A stretch of DNA of 52,229 nucleotides, filler included, from Candidatus Woesearchaeota archaeon (GTDB lineage: Archaea > Nanobdellota > Nanobdellia > Woesearchaeales > WJIZ01): assembly GCA_018221205.1 (NCBI GenBank). It is 4 parts of 4 records of this genome, joined end to end, with 100 filler letters (N's around TTAATTAATTAA, not from the genome) between each part and the next. Parts side by side here need not be neighbours in the genome. Positions count along the whole stretch, not along the records: positions 22,158 to 52,229 come from JAAOYF010000024.1; 3 more parts are not named here. One strand, given 5' to 3'. The notes beneath the pieces were generated by a model. The model searched no databases, was not told the DNA's origin, and worked only from the letters and a program-made list of their open reading frames with translations. A program made the translations under genes and the position numbers. Below, piece after piece: positions 43,463 through 52,229 of the stretch; position 1 is the first letter of the stretch, and every line of letters begins with the position of its first letter.

Positions 43463-44201
43463 TTCGATTGATTCTACTTATTTTATTGCCGCCTGTATCC
43501 CATATCTTCCCATCAGAACTCCACCAATCGAATTGCGTCCCTGCTTCTGAAATGCCTAATTGATTTAGGGTTTGGACAGGAAGTGTCGTTTGTGCTTCTA
43601 CATCGCCTACCCGAATAACTATCACACCTTTGGCGTTTCTTACCTCATCGACTCTTGCCCGATATCTATTTGCCCCAAGGACATTTATCTCTGCTAGGGC
43701 AAATGGATTTGATGAATCTGGAGACTGAGTATACGTTTCTATCTCCTCATGCCTTGGACCATCAAAGTACATTGTTATTTGATTCTGTGAAGGGCTGCTT
43801 TCACCTTTTGGCTCGAATTTGACTTCCGTGAACTGAGTTGGTGAAGGATAGGTGACCTTGGCTTGTCTAAATCCTTCCATCTGATACATTCCGCCGTCGA
43901 ATCCTGCTTTCTCTGCGATCTCTTCTATTCCAGGGTAAGAAACCATGACAAGCTCGATTTCTTTGCCTAAGACTTCAATAGCTGAAGAGTCTCCAAACCG
44001 AGATGTAATATCTCTTTCAGATAGCTCTCTCAATGCTATCCGTCCTGTATCGGGAGGTGCAGAGAAAGATTCTAGTCGGAGGTCATATTCTTTCTGATCG
44101 GGACTATAACTAACAGCTTTGTTTATACCTAGAATACGATAACGATTAAATAGGGTAAATCCTTGTTTTACTTGCTTTTTTCTTCCTGGAAGTAACCCCA
44201 T
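43455..44201 (-). CDS. Hypothetical protein (ORFan-like)
   Basis: 248-aa ORF; leaderless promoter-like sequence upstream. Confidence 0.6.
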   Translation of the reverse strand: MGLLPGRKKQVKQGFTLFNRYRILGINKAVSYSPDQKEYDLRLESFSAPPDTGRIALRELSERDITSRFGDSSAIEVLGKEIELVMVSYPGIEEIAEKAGFDGGMYQMEGFRQAKVTYPSPTQFTEVKFEPKGESSPSQNQITMYFDGPRHEEIETYTQSPDSSNPFALAEINVLGANRYRARVDEVRNAKGVIVIRVGDVEAQTTLPVQTLNQLGISEAGTQFDWWSSDGKIWDTGGNKISRINRTN

Positions 44202-44257
44202 ATTGCTTCTACTAGATTAAAATATGTTTAAATTTAAAAGAACTTCTATACTCAAGT

Positions 44258-44470
44258 CTACTTTTTCTCGTGTTTGACATCAAAATGTGCATCTATAGGT
44301 GCCAAGGTCATCGATACCAAAGCTGCGATGAACATCAACACGAAGAACAGGAAAAAGGTGAAGCCAAAGCTTGGCGATCGTGGATAGACATAGATGGCTG
44401 AGATAATCGCTCCTAGAATACTCGTAAGCATGAATCCTGCTGATAATGGGACAACATTATAATACATCAT
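44258..44470 (-). CDS. Small 2-TM protein
   Basis: AGGTG RBS; hydrophobic. Confidence 0.65.
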   Translation of the reverse strand: MMYYNVVPLSAGFMLTSILGAIISAIYVYPRSPSFGFTFFLFFVLMFIAALVSMTLAPIDAHFDVKHEKK

Positions 44471-44490
44471 AACACCTCTTTTTGACTATT

Positions 44491-45618
44491 CTAGTGAGTC
44501 TTGAATATAAATTTATCTATTAGCTTTTTGGCCTGTTCTCGCTTTTTCTGATGATCCTTAAGGAATATGTTGAGTTTCTCTATCAGGATTGCCTTTAGCT
44601 CTCCAGAAGTGAGCTTTCCAGACTTGTAATCGTGGTAGATCTTTTCCAGTTTCTTGTCATCTTCCTCGAAGAAAGTGAGCCATTGATAGCTGATATCGAT
44701 ATCAGGATTGCCGCCGTGCTTCCTATGCTCTTCTAAAGAGTCTTTTCCTCCAGAGAACGCATATTTGTTGATCTTTTTCTTGACTTCCTGCGGAGAATCT
44801 GTTGTATAGATGGTTGCGTGCTCTGCCACGCTGGTCGACATCTTACCCCCTCTTGAAGAAAGGTCTGGCAGGAATCTGCATTGGATAGAAGCGGGCTTGT
44901 AATGGCCTAATTTTGGGATGACATCTCTTGAGACGCGAAAATGGGGGTCTTGATCGATGGCGTGAGGAATCAAGCAGGGAATCTTTCTCTTCTTCAGGAT
45001 TGAAGGCAGGAAAGAGGGAACGGCCTGCATGGCTGTGTAGAAAATTGCGCCTATGTTTTGGTCGCTATTGAAGCCGAAAGCTGCTTTTGCTGTCGAGAAG
45101 GTTATCTTCTTCGCCACTTTGATGGCTTCCTTATACATCAGGCCGGCATGTAAGGTATCCACGATGAAATGGGTCTTCTTAGGATCAAATCCTAAAGCGA
45201 TGATATCAAGCATGTTCTCTCTTGTATATTTTTCAGTATCTTCTAAGGTAAGATTCTCCTTAAAGAGGAATTTCTCCTCATCCGGGAACTGGAACCATAA
45301 TTCGACATCGAAAATGTCCTGGAGATATTTAGTGAGGAGCCAGGGAACAAGGTGGCCCATATGAGTATGGCCTGAAGGCGCTCTTCCGGTGTAGAGAAAG
45401 AAATGATCTCCCTTATCATATTCATCCAAGATGAATTTCATATCTCTATGGGCGAAGAAAATCTTCCTTCTCAAGAGATGATGCAGCGGAAGGCCTTTTT
45501 CCTTGGCTCGCTTCCCTATTCTCTCTAACAAAGAATCATCTAATTTTGATACTCCGAACTCTTTTATCAGCTTATTATAGTCGATGGTTCCAGAAACTTC
45601 CCATGGTGTGACTTTCAT
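44491..45618 (-). CDS. trpS: Tryptophan--tRNA ligase (archaeal/eukaryote type)
   Basis: VTPWEV, YTGRAPS..THMGH, IDQDPHF, KMSTS, AFSGG. Confidence 0.96.
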   Translation of the reverse strand: MKVTPWEVSGTIDYNKLIKEFGVSKLDDSLLERIGKRAKEKGLPLHHLLRRKIFFAHRDMKFILDEYDKGDHFFLYTGRAPSGHTHMGHLVPWLLTKYLQDIFDVELWFQFPDEEKFLFKENLTLEDTEKYTRENMLDIIALGFDPKKTHFIVDTLHAGLMYKEAIKVAKKITFSTAKAAFGFNSDQNIGAIFYTAMQAVPSFLPSILKKRKIPCLIPHAIDQDPHFRVSRDVIPKLGHYKPASIQCRFLPDLSSRGGKMSTSVAEHATIYTTDSPQEVKKKINKYAFSGGKDSLEEHRKHGGNPDIDISYQWLTFFEEDDKKLEKIYHDYKSGKLTSGELKAILIEKLNIFLKDHQKKREQAKKLIDKFIFKTH

Positions 45619-46256
45619 TCTAGTGCATCTCGAAGCTCTCTGATAGCCTTTATGCGGTCATCTTTATTAAAAATTGCGCTTCCTGCGACAAAAACATTGG
45701 CTCCAGCTGCGGCTGCCTTCTTTATGGTCGTTTTGCTGATGCCCCCATCTATCTCTATATCGAGCTCAGGCTTCATACTTCTCAGAACCTTGATCTTCTC
45801 AAGAACTTCGGGAATGAACTTCTGGCCTGCATAGCCAGGATTGACTGACATGATGAGGACCATATCCACCTGGTCGAGATACGGAAAGATCTTCTGCACA
45901 GGAGTGGGGGGATTGATGGTAATTCCTGCTTTGATGCCTCTTTGCTTGATGTGGGCAATGCATTTTCCCACATCATCAAGGGATTCCTGATGGACAGTGA
46001 TGATGGATGCGCCTGCATCGACATAAGCATCGATAAAGCCGTCTTTTATGGGGTAATTGACCATCAGATGGACATCTTTCGGCAGCTTTGATTTTACTGC
46101 CTCGATCTCATTCGGCAGAAAGGTCTTTGGGGGGACGAATTTGCCGTCCATGATATCAACATGGACCATATCTGCTATCTTCTCTATCTCCTTGACCTCA
46201 TCCTGCAGCTCTTCTCTTTTTGCGGATAATATTGATGGTGCTATCTTTATTTTCAT
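45615..46256 (-). CDS. rpe: Ribulose-phosphate 3-epimerase
   Basis: IAPSILSA, HVDIMDG, DVHLM, MSVNPG..GQ, IDGGI. Confidence 0.96.
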   Translation of the reverse strand: MKIKIAPSILSAKREELQDEVKEIEKIADMVHVDIMDGKFVPPKTFLPNEIEAVKSKLPKDVHLMVNYPIKDGFIDAYVDAGASIITVHQESLDDVGKCIAHIKQRGIKAGITINPPTPVQKIFPYLDQVDMVLIMSVNPGYAGQKFIPEVLEKIKVLRSMKPELDIEIDGGISKTTIKKAAAAGANVFVAGSAIFNKDDRIKAIRELRDALE

Positions 46257-46288
46257 TGGATGAAAGAAAGAAGGGTGTTATAAAAAGA

Positions 46289-46738
46289 TTACTGAAAAAT
46301 AGCATCTATGATTCTGAGAGCATTCTCCCTAGTTGTGGGGAAAGCGGCTATCGTCATCTTGAGATGGAAGCAGTTTCCTGAGTCAGTGATGAAGAATTGC
46401 CCCTCACTGAGGAGTTTTTCTTTATCGAACCTTATGAAGAAATGATTGTCTGCGTCCAATCTTGATCTTTTCTGCCTTTTCATCAGATCTTTCTGGTCCT
46501 GGTTGAGGATCAGCAATAGGTGTTTGAGGAACTGGTTGATATGCGATGCTTTCTTGAGGTGGACATGAAGAATGGTTATCTTCCTTTCCTCAAAACTGGT
46601 AGCTACCTTGCTCTCTATCTTGAGCTTTTCCTTCTCTAAGTCAAAAGGAAAGAATTTTCTCAGGTTCGAGATAATGTCCTCCTGATCATCCTCTGGCTTG
46701 ATATAGACGGTGAGCCAGAGATGGTGTATCTTCTTCAT
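46289..46738 (-). CDS. RNA-binding DUF54-family protein
   Basis: EDDQE, SRLD....FFIRFDK, HLKMTIAAFP; start placed at MKKIHH. Confidence 0.75.
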   Translation of the reverse strand: MKKIHHLWLTVYIKPEDDQEDIISNLRKFFPFDLEKEKLKIESKVATSFEERKITILHVHLKKASHINQFLKHLLLILNQDQKDLMKRQKRSRLDADNHFFIRFDKEKLLSEGQFFITDSGNCFHLKMTIAAFPTTRENALRIIDAIFQ

Positions 46739-46811
46739 TTGCCTCATGAGTCCTGTGTTCTTTTTATGTTTTGCCCAAAGATATAAATAGGGCGGTGCTT
46801 GATTCAGTATA

Positions 46812-47747
46812 ATGAAACACCATTCACGAATCACTTATCTCTTGATCGGGACATTTCTCTTAAGCCAGGTCATCGGATTGCTGATAGTGAACCAGTACAT
46901 CGACCATAAGACTTTGGCAGAAGAAGGGGAGATTGTTTTTGAAGCAGGTCCGTTCGGCATGCTGCCCCCTGATGTCGATGAAAACACTTCTTTTATCCCG
47001 ATTTTTATCGCCATCATCATCGGCACGGTATTATTGCTGATCATCATAAAATTCCGGAAAGTGAACTTGTGGAAAGCCTGGTATTCATTGAGCGTCATCG
47101 TGACCATGGGATGGGCTATCAACGGCTTTCTTATGCCTTTTTTGGGCATACAGCTCAGCGGGTGGATCGCGTTTCTCCTCACTCTTGTCCCTGCTTACTA
47201 TAAGATCATCAAACCAAAAGTATGGGTGCATAACTTAACTGAACTCCTCGTATACGGAGGATTAGCAGCTATCTTTGTGCCTATCCTCAATGTGTTCTCT
47301 GCGTTCATGCTGCTGCTATTGATTTCAGCGTATGATGCGTATGCAGTCTGGAAGAGCAAGCATATGGTCAAGTTAGCTAAATTCACGACAGAGGTGAATG
47401 TATTTGCAGGCTTGAGCATCCCTTATGACAAAAAATCTGGAAAAGTCCATAAGCATATGGTGAAGAAATTAGGCGGTAAGGGTGGAAAAGTCAAGAATGC
47501 TATCCTCGGTGGAGGAGATATCGGCTTTCCTTTGCTGTTTGCAGGAGCGGTGATGAAAGACCTGATGCTGCAGCATACTTTCTTGCAGGGCTTTCTCCTC
47601 TCTTTGATCATCCCTGTGTTCACTGCTGTCGCGCTTTACTTTCTCTTTGTCAAAGGTGAGAAGAATAAGTTCTATCCTGCTATGCCGTTCTTAAGTCTGG
47701 GTGCGTTTATTGGGTATGGGATTGTGCTTCTGGTGAACCTTGTTTGA
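46812..47747 (+). CDS. Presenilin-family intramembrane aspartyl protease
   Basis: AYDAYAVWKSKHM, LGGGD and PAMP motifs. Confidence 0.9.
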   Translation: MKHHSRITYLLIGTFLLSQVIGLLIVNQYIDHKTLAEEGEIVFEAGPFGMLPPDVDENTSFIPIFIAIIIGTVLLLIIIKFRKVNLWKAWYSLSVIVTMGWAINGFLMPFLGIQLSGWIAFLLTLVPAYYKIIKPKVWVHNLTELLVYGGLAAIFVPILNVFSAFMLLLLISAYDAYAVWKSKHMVKLAKFTTEVNVFAGLSIPYDKKSGKVHKHMVKKLGGKGGKVKNAILGGGDIGFPLLFAGAVMKDLMLQHTFLQGFLLSLIIPVFTAVALYFLFVKGEKNKFYPAMPFLSLGAFIGYGIVLLVNLV

Positions 47748-48549
47748 ATCCCTGCAGGGTCTTCTGGCCTGCGCTGGCAGAATAAGAGACTGGATTGATG
47801 ACCATTCCATCTTTTGCAGCTATGGTCTGGACAGAAGTCTGCTTCTGGATCTCCCTTATCTCGTATAATGGATCTGCTTTGACAATCTCAGGACCGAAAT
47901 GAGTCAAGATCGCTAATCTTGGATTGACTTTCTGGATTATCTTTATGGCATCTTCGATGCACAGATTGCCTTCTACTTTCTTCTTGTAGGGCACGTTAAG
48001 TATTAAGATATTGGAGCCCATGTACTGTTCTACAATGTCTGCTGCATAAACAGTGTCAGCTGAATAGGTTATGGTGATGCCTGGTGCAAAGAACTTGAAG
48101 CCGATGCTGTTGGGCTCGTGATGTCTTGCGGTCAGGGTCTGTATCTCTATATCATTCACTCCGATACGCTGGTTGCGATCAACAGCGATGAATCGCTCAA
48201 TGAGATTCCGATAATAAGGAGAGACGGCTTGCTGATGATCATCTGTGCCATGGATCGCTGTCTTATTTGCGATAAGGACCCCTTTCTTATCTAATCCTGA
48301 TAGGGTCATGGCGTCAATGACAGCATTTGCGTCATTCGCATGATGGATATGTGAATGCGATATCAATAAGGCAGTTGTTGCCCGTAAGTTGATGCCATAC
48401 TCTGCTGCTTTTGTCACGGCCCCTATACCTGGATCGACATGGAATTGGTTCTCTCCGAACGTGAGAATGATTCCCCCTGCAGAACGCAGGCCTTTGCCTA
48501 CAACAGAAGATCCGGTGCCTGTTCCCAAGAATGTTATTGACGATGTGAT
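47707..48549 (-). CDS. Metallo-beta-lactamase-fold hydrolase (probable ATC start)
   Basis: ITFLGTG, VDPG, SHSHIHHAND, YSADT, LTHFG. Confidence 0.85.
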   Translation of the reverse strand: MTSSITFLGTGTGSSVVGKGLRSAGGIILTFGENQFHVDPGIGAVTKAAEYGINLRATTALLISHSHIHHANDANAVIDAMTLSGLDKKGVLIANKTAIHGTDDHQQAVSPYYRNLIERFIAVDRNQRIGVNDIEIQTLTARHHEPNSIGFKFFAPGITITYSADTVYAADIVEQYMGSNILILNVPYKKKVEGNLCIEDAIKIIQKVNPRLAILTHFGPEIVKADPLYEIREIQKQTSVQTIAAKDGMVINPVSYSASAGQKTLQGFKQGSPEAQSHTQ

Positions 48550-48631
48550 TTTTACCCCTCAATCTGGCAAAGCGTTCATGATTTAATAAACTTTTCGTTA
48601 CATTTAAAAGACAACAGTGATTTATATGCTT

Positions 48632-48905
48632 GGGTAGACTAGGCCGGTGCGGTAGTCCTGCACTGTCACCGCAAACGGACTTTACGGCGGGGCTGAAGCT
48701 CAGGAAGCGGTTTCATGGTGAGATGATAGCCTTATTTGGACTATGACGCTCTGTCCATTGGGACTGATGATTAAGTGAACTAGGTCAGGTCAGGAATGAA
48801 GCAGCCTTAAACTCTACCATTGGTGCTCAGAGGGTAGCGGAGTCGAGAAAAAGTAAGGATCAACTATTATCTTGGTATGGTATCCATTTTTGGGCATGTC
48901 TGCCT
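48632..48905 (+). ncRNA. ffs: Archaeal signal recognition particle (7S) RNA
   Basis: Helix-8 motif CAGG-TCA-GGAA-TGA-AGCAG; terminal pairing GGGTAGAC/GTCTGCCT; TATA upstream. Confidence 0.88.
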
Positions 48906-49016
48906 ACTTTTCCATGATAACAAAAATTTGTCAATGTCAAATTAGCTCATCCTATTTCCATCCTTTAGGCAGAGTATTACTGACTCGCATGTTAGTTGTC
49001 AAATTTTTGGAATTGT

Positions 49017-49041
49017 AAATTTCTCCTGTTAGTCGAAATTT
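49017..49041. repeat. Intergenic REP-like hairpin (CTCC-N5-GTCG core)
   Basis: AAATTT-CTCCTGTTAGTCG-AAATTT. Confidence 0.5.
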
Positions 49042-49084
49042 CCAATAACAAAGCTTTTTATAAGCCGTCTTCTTAAGTGGGTTT

Positions 49085-49501
49085 ATGGTGGTGAGTGAAG
49101 TATTTTTTGGCGTGGTTGTGGCAGGATTAGTGTCGCAAAGCATCAAAGTGCTTCTGCATAGCATCTATCATGCAAAATTCGTTGCCCGCAGCTTCTTATT
49201 CACCGGTGGAATGCCGAGCACACATACTGCATTTGTAACCACTCTGCTCTTGAGCATCATCCTAGAACAAGGATTCTCTGTCCTTGCGGCTATCGGCCTT
49301 GTCCTCCTCCTCATCGTTATTGTCGATGCCCTTGGAGTAAGAAGGACTGTGGGTGAGGAAGCGCAAATCATCAACCAGATCATCATCAAGGAAAGATTCA
49401 AGCTCAAACGACTTCATTTTGCCAAAGGCCATAAACCTTTGGAAGTTTTAGGAGGAGTATTCATCGGTATCCTTGTCTCTTTGCTCGTCTGGATGTTCTA
49501 A
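49085..49501 (+). CDS. Divergent PAP2 (DUF212) family protein
   Basis: TGGMPSTHTA, DALGVRR, GHKPLEV. Confidence 0.9.
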   Translation: MVVSEVFFGVVVAGLVSQSIKVLLHSIYHAKFVARSFLFTGGMPSTHTAFVTTLLLSIILEQGFSVLAAIGLVLLLIVIVDALGVRRTVGEEAQIINQIIIKERFKLKRLHFAKGHKPLEVLGGVFIGILVSLLVWMF

Positions 49502-49542
49502 AAACATTACATTTAATAATGAGTCCTCTTCCCATCTTGTTG

Positions 49543-50316
49543 ATGTTGGAAGTAAGTTCTTTAGCATCCAGTAGTTCTGGAAATTGTTTCTATATTGGTA
49601 GCGCTCGCGGTGATATCCTGATAGATGCGGGCATCAGCGCAAAGCAGATTGTCGAGAGATTGACTGCCATCGGAAAGAATATCGCCAATATCAATGCCAT
49701 CTTCGTCACCCATGAGCATACTGATCATGTCAAAGGCATTGAGATGGTCTCCCGAAAATATAATATCCCTATTTTTGTGAATAAGGGGACATTGTGCAAC
49801 TCTGTCCTTGATATGGGAAATTTTCACCTTATCCAGACTGATGAAGATTTTGAATTCAATGGGTTGAAGATCCTGCCTTTTTCTGTGAGCCATGATGCTG
49901 CTGAGCCTGTCAATTATCTTATCCGGAACGGACAGAAAAGCGTAAGCGTTATCACTGATGTGGGCTACTGCTGCGACAATGTCGGACATGGAATATCTCA
50001 GGCAGATGCTGTCTTTCTCGAGGCCAATCATGATTCCTTATTGCTGCGGAACGGAAAATATCCTAACCATCTGAAGAAAAGGATAGCAAGCTCAAGAGGA
50101 CATCTGTCGAATTATGAGGCTGCCATCAGTATTTTGGAGCATGCCAGGCCGCGACTGCGGCATGTTGTCTTATCTCACCTGAGCCATAATAATAATCATC
50201 CTATCATCGCTATGAAGACCATGCAGGCCATGCTTGGAGAACGTTCTGATCTCAAGAAACTAGAAACATCTCTTTCTTTCAAGGACAAACCAAGCCAGTT
50301 ATTGAGAGTAGATTAA
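49543..50316 (+). CDS. MBL-fold hydrolase, YycJ/WalJ-like
   Basis: LASSSSGN, LIDAG, THEHTDH, SHDA, LEANHD, GHLSN, HLS. Confidence 0.9.
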   Translation: MLEVSSLASSSSGNCFYIGSARGDILIDAGISAKQIVERLTAIGKNIANINAIFVTHEHTDHVKGIEMVSRKYNIPIFVNKGTLCNSVLDMGNFHLIQTDEDFEFNGLKILPFSVSHDAAEPVNYLIRNGQKSVSVITDVGYCCDNVGHGISQADAVFLEANHDSLLLRNGKYPNHLKKRIASSRGHLSNYEAAISILEHARPRLRHVVLSHLSHNNNHPIIAMKTMQAMLGERSDLKKLETSLSFKDKPSQLLRVD

Positions 50317-50355
50317 TAGCAAAATATAAAAGCTAGTTCGTAGTTGCTTGAGGCT

Positions 50356-51717
50356 ATGCCAATCAAAGAAGAATCAACAATCCATGACGTCTGCACCTAT
50401 CTCAAGGATCTCGCTGAGAAGCAAGATGATATCTTCTATCTTTCTCTTCAAGTAAACGGAAAAGTAGAGGCCTATCAGGTCTTCAATAAAGGAGACGGCA
50501 AAGAAGGCAAGGTTATACCTGATTTCAAGGCATTGAAAAATATCGTCTTCACTGACACTGCAGATAAGCAGAGAACGACCCTTCTTGAGTACATGAAGAA
50601 ATTTGGATTCAATGAAAAGAATGGAGATGGTGAACTCGCTATAGGCTTTGACGGCAGGTCGAGAACGATGAACATGATTGTCATCCATAACAGCAATCTG
50701 GGGCCTCCTGTCGGGGGATTAAGGGAGAAAGACTATAGTAATTTCGATTCTATGCTTACTGATACCTTAAGGCTGGCACGAGGTATGTCGTATAAAGCGG
50801 CGATGGCAGATAGCAAGACTGGAGGGGGAAAGTCTACCCGAACGCATCCGAAAGGAATTCGGAAAGAAGCTAATCTGAGCACGGCCCGCTTTGCTAATTT
50901 CCTGAACGTCAGAAGAAAGGAAAGAAGCTTGCATCCTTATGTCATCGCTGAAGATTCTAACACTGCTTGCATTGACTTTGATCAGATGGATGCCATCAAT
51001 CCCTGGACTGCATGCAAAAGCCTACATATGGGGGGCACTGGAAACCCTTCTCCTATCACTGCTATCGGTGTGTATCAGGCTGCCCAGACAGGAGCTGAAT
51101 TCGCGTTTCCGGATCAAACACTCAGCAATAAGGTCGTGTTATTGTCTGGAGTGGGGCAAGTAGGGTATGAATTGCTCAAGAATTTTGTCTTCAACGGTGT
51201 GAAAAAAGTCATCTGTGCAGAGATGAGCAAGGAACGGATCGAGTGGGTACAGAAACAGTTCGAGCGTATGGGAAAAACTGACAGGATCGAATTCATGCTG
51301 TATACAAAAGAGGAACTTGGCAACCAGAAATTCCTCCATGATCTCGCTGATAAGATCGATATCTTTGCTCCTTGTGCATTGGGAAAATCGATCAATGATA
51401 CCAATATCAAAGCCATCAAGAATACCAGATTGAAATTGATCATCGGAGCAGAGAACAACCAGCTTGCAGATGAGGAGAAGCACGGCAAGATGCTCCATGA
51501 GATGGGTATATTGTATGTCCCTGATTATGTCGCCAATGGTGGTGGCCTTATCCATTGCATCGGGGAGTTGCCTAATCGGATGTTCCTGATCTCTGATTCT
51601 ATCCAAAGAGCGAAAAATGTCGGCAATACTGTCAGAGAAGTCTTGGCATTGGCAAAAAAGGAGAATATCCCTACCTATTTGGCGGCCAACAAATTGGCTG
51701 AAGAAAGAATGCTCTAG
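50356..51717 (+). CDS. Glu/Leu/Phe/Val dehydrogenase (LeuDH-like) with N-terminal extension
   Basis: LGPPVGGLR, LARGMSYK, GGGK, GNPSPITA.GV, GVGQVG, APCALG, PDYVANGGG. Confidence 0.9.
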   Translation: MPIKEESTIHDVCTYLKDLAEKQDDIFYLSLQVNGKVEAYQVFNKGDGKEGKVIPDFKALKNIVFTDTADKQRTTLLEYMKKFGFNEKNGDGELAIGFDGRSRTMNMIVIHNSNLGPPVGGLREKDYSNFDSMLTDTLRLARGMSYKAAMADSKTGGGKSTRTHPKGIRKEANLSTARFANFLNVRRKERSLHPYVIAEDSNTACIDFDQMDAINPWTACKSLHMGGTGNPSPITAIGVYQAAQTGAEFAFPDQTLSNKVVLLSGVGQVGYELLKNFVFNGVKKVICAEMSKERIEWVQKQFERMGKTDRIEFMLYTKEELGNQKFLHDLADKIDIFAPCALGKSINDTNIKAIKNTRLKLIIGAENNQLADEEKHGKMLHEMGILYVPDYVANGGGLIHCIGELPNRMFLISDSIQRAKNVGNTVREVLALAKKENIPTYLAANKLAEERML

Positions 51718-51755
51718 GCATATATTTAAATACTATAAAAAGTTCTCGGGATGTA

Positions 51756-51772
51756 TTACAGCGTAGCTGTAA
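51756..51772 (+). promoter_or_regulatory. 5'-UTR hairpin of the TRAM gene
   Basis: TTACAGC-GTA-GCTGTAA between the TATA box and the AGGTGA RBS. Confidence 0.45.
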
Positions 51773-51795
51773 AAAGAAATTAAGGTGAAGTAAAT

Positions 51796-52229
51796 ATGTT
51801 TGGAAAAGTACCTGTAAAAGTGGGCGATGAGCTCGATGTAAAAATAGAATCCGTCGGCAGTCAAGGCGATGGTGTAGCTAAAGAAGAGGGATTTGTTTTG
51901 TTTATCCCTGGAACAAAGACAGGCGATGAAGTTCGTGTACGAGTATCGAAAGTTCTTCGTAAAGTTGGATTTGCAGAAGTAGTCGGCAAAGCTGACTCAC
52001 CAAAAGCAGATGCTCCTGCAGAAGAGGCAGCTGCTGAAGAAGAAGCTCCTGCTGAAGAATCTCCTGAAGACAGCGAAGATTTCGGTGAAGAGAAATCAGA
52101 AGATGCAGCTGAGGAAGCTCCTGCTGAAGACGCAGAAGAACCTGCTGCTGAAGAAGCTGAAACTGAGGACAAAGCAGAGGATGCTGAGGAAGCTCCTGCT
52201 GAAGAGACCGAAGAGCCAGCTGAAGAAGC
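51796..52229 (+). CDS. TRAM-domain RNA-binding protein with acidic low-complexity tail (runs off the window)
   Basis: PVKVGDELDVKIESVGSQGDGVAKEEGFVLFIPGTKTGDEVRVRVSKV followed by E/A/D/P-rich repeats. Confidence 0.9.
   Translation, partial: MFGKVPVKVGDELDVKIESVGSQGDGVAKEEGFVLFIPGTKTGDEVRVRVSKVLRKVGFAEVVGKADSPKADAPAEEAAAEEEAPAEESPEDSEDFGEEKSEDAAEEAPAEDAEEPAAEEAETEDKAEDAEEAPAEETEEPAEE

Noticed and set aside
51861..52172. Ser/Ala-rich minus-strand ORF
   Set aside because: Antisense shadow of the acidic TRAM tail

Overview
Archaeal chromosomal scaffold, very likely DPANN/Woesearchaeota-type. The evidence is L35Ae, Rio1-Dim2-top6B-top6A, archaeal DnaG, TrpRS, an archaeal SRP RNA, TATA-driven leaderless genes, GGTGA/GAGG RBSs and many ORFans. 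It comprises four contigs joined by artificial N-TTAATTAATTAA-N linkers (4938-5037, 13047-13146, 22058-22157), so adjacency across the linkers is not biological. Other content: tRNA thiolation genes (Ncs6/TtuA plus a ubiquitin-like sulfur carrier), an SLC12-type transporter, toxin-antitoxin pairs with DinB, a copper island, a tdh-kbl threonine catabolism pair and SurA/DsbA-like folding proteins. Top candidates for novel biology: (1) tRNA-Arg(UCU) with a non-canonical BHB intron at 28/29, overlapped antisense by a free-standing LAGLIDADG endonuclease whose stop codon lies inside the intron; the endonuclease cassette is closed by a degenerate copy of the tRNA 3' end; (2) a ~110-nt structured RNA upstream of dnaG; (3) an ArsR-linked locus with two proteins sharing an N-terminal membrane module but carrying different cargo (coiled coil vs Pro-rich stalk plus GT2), flanking a class-III-signal-like micropeptide; (4) a promoter-driven ~50-nt RNA starting with an anti-Shine-Dalgarno mimic; (5) several micro-ORFs missing from the ORF track, including a RING/PHD-like finger and a four-ORF coupled cascade. 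All calls come from motif reading only; no searches were run.
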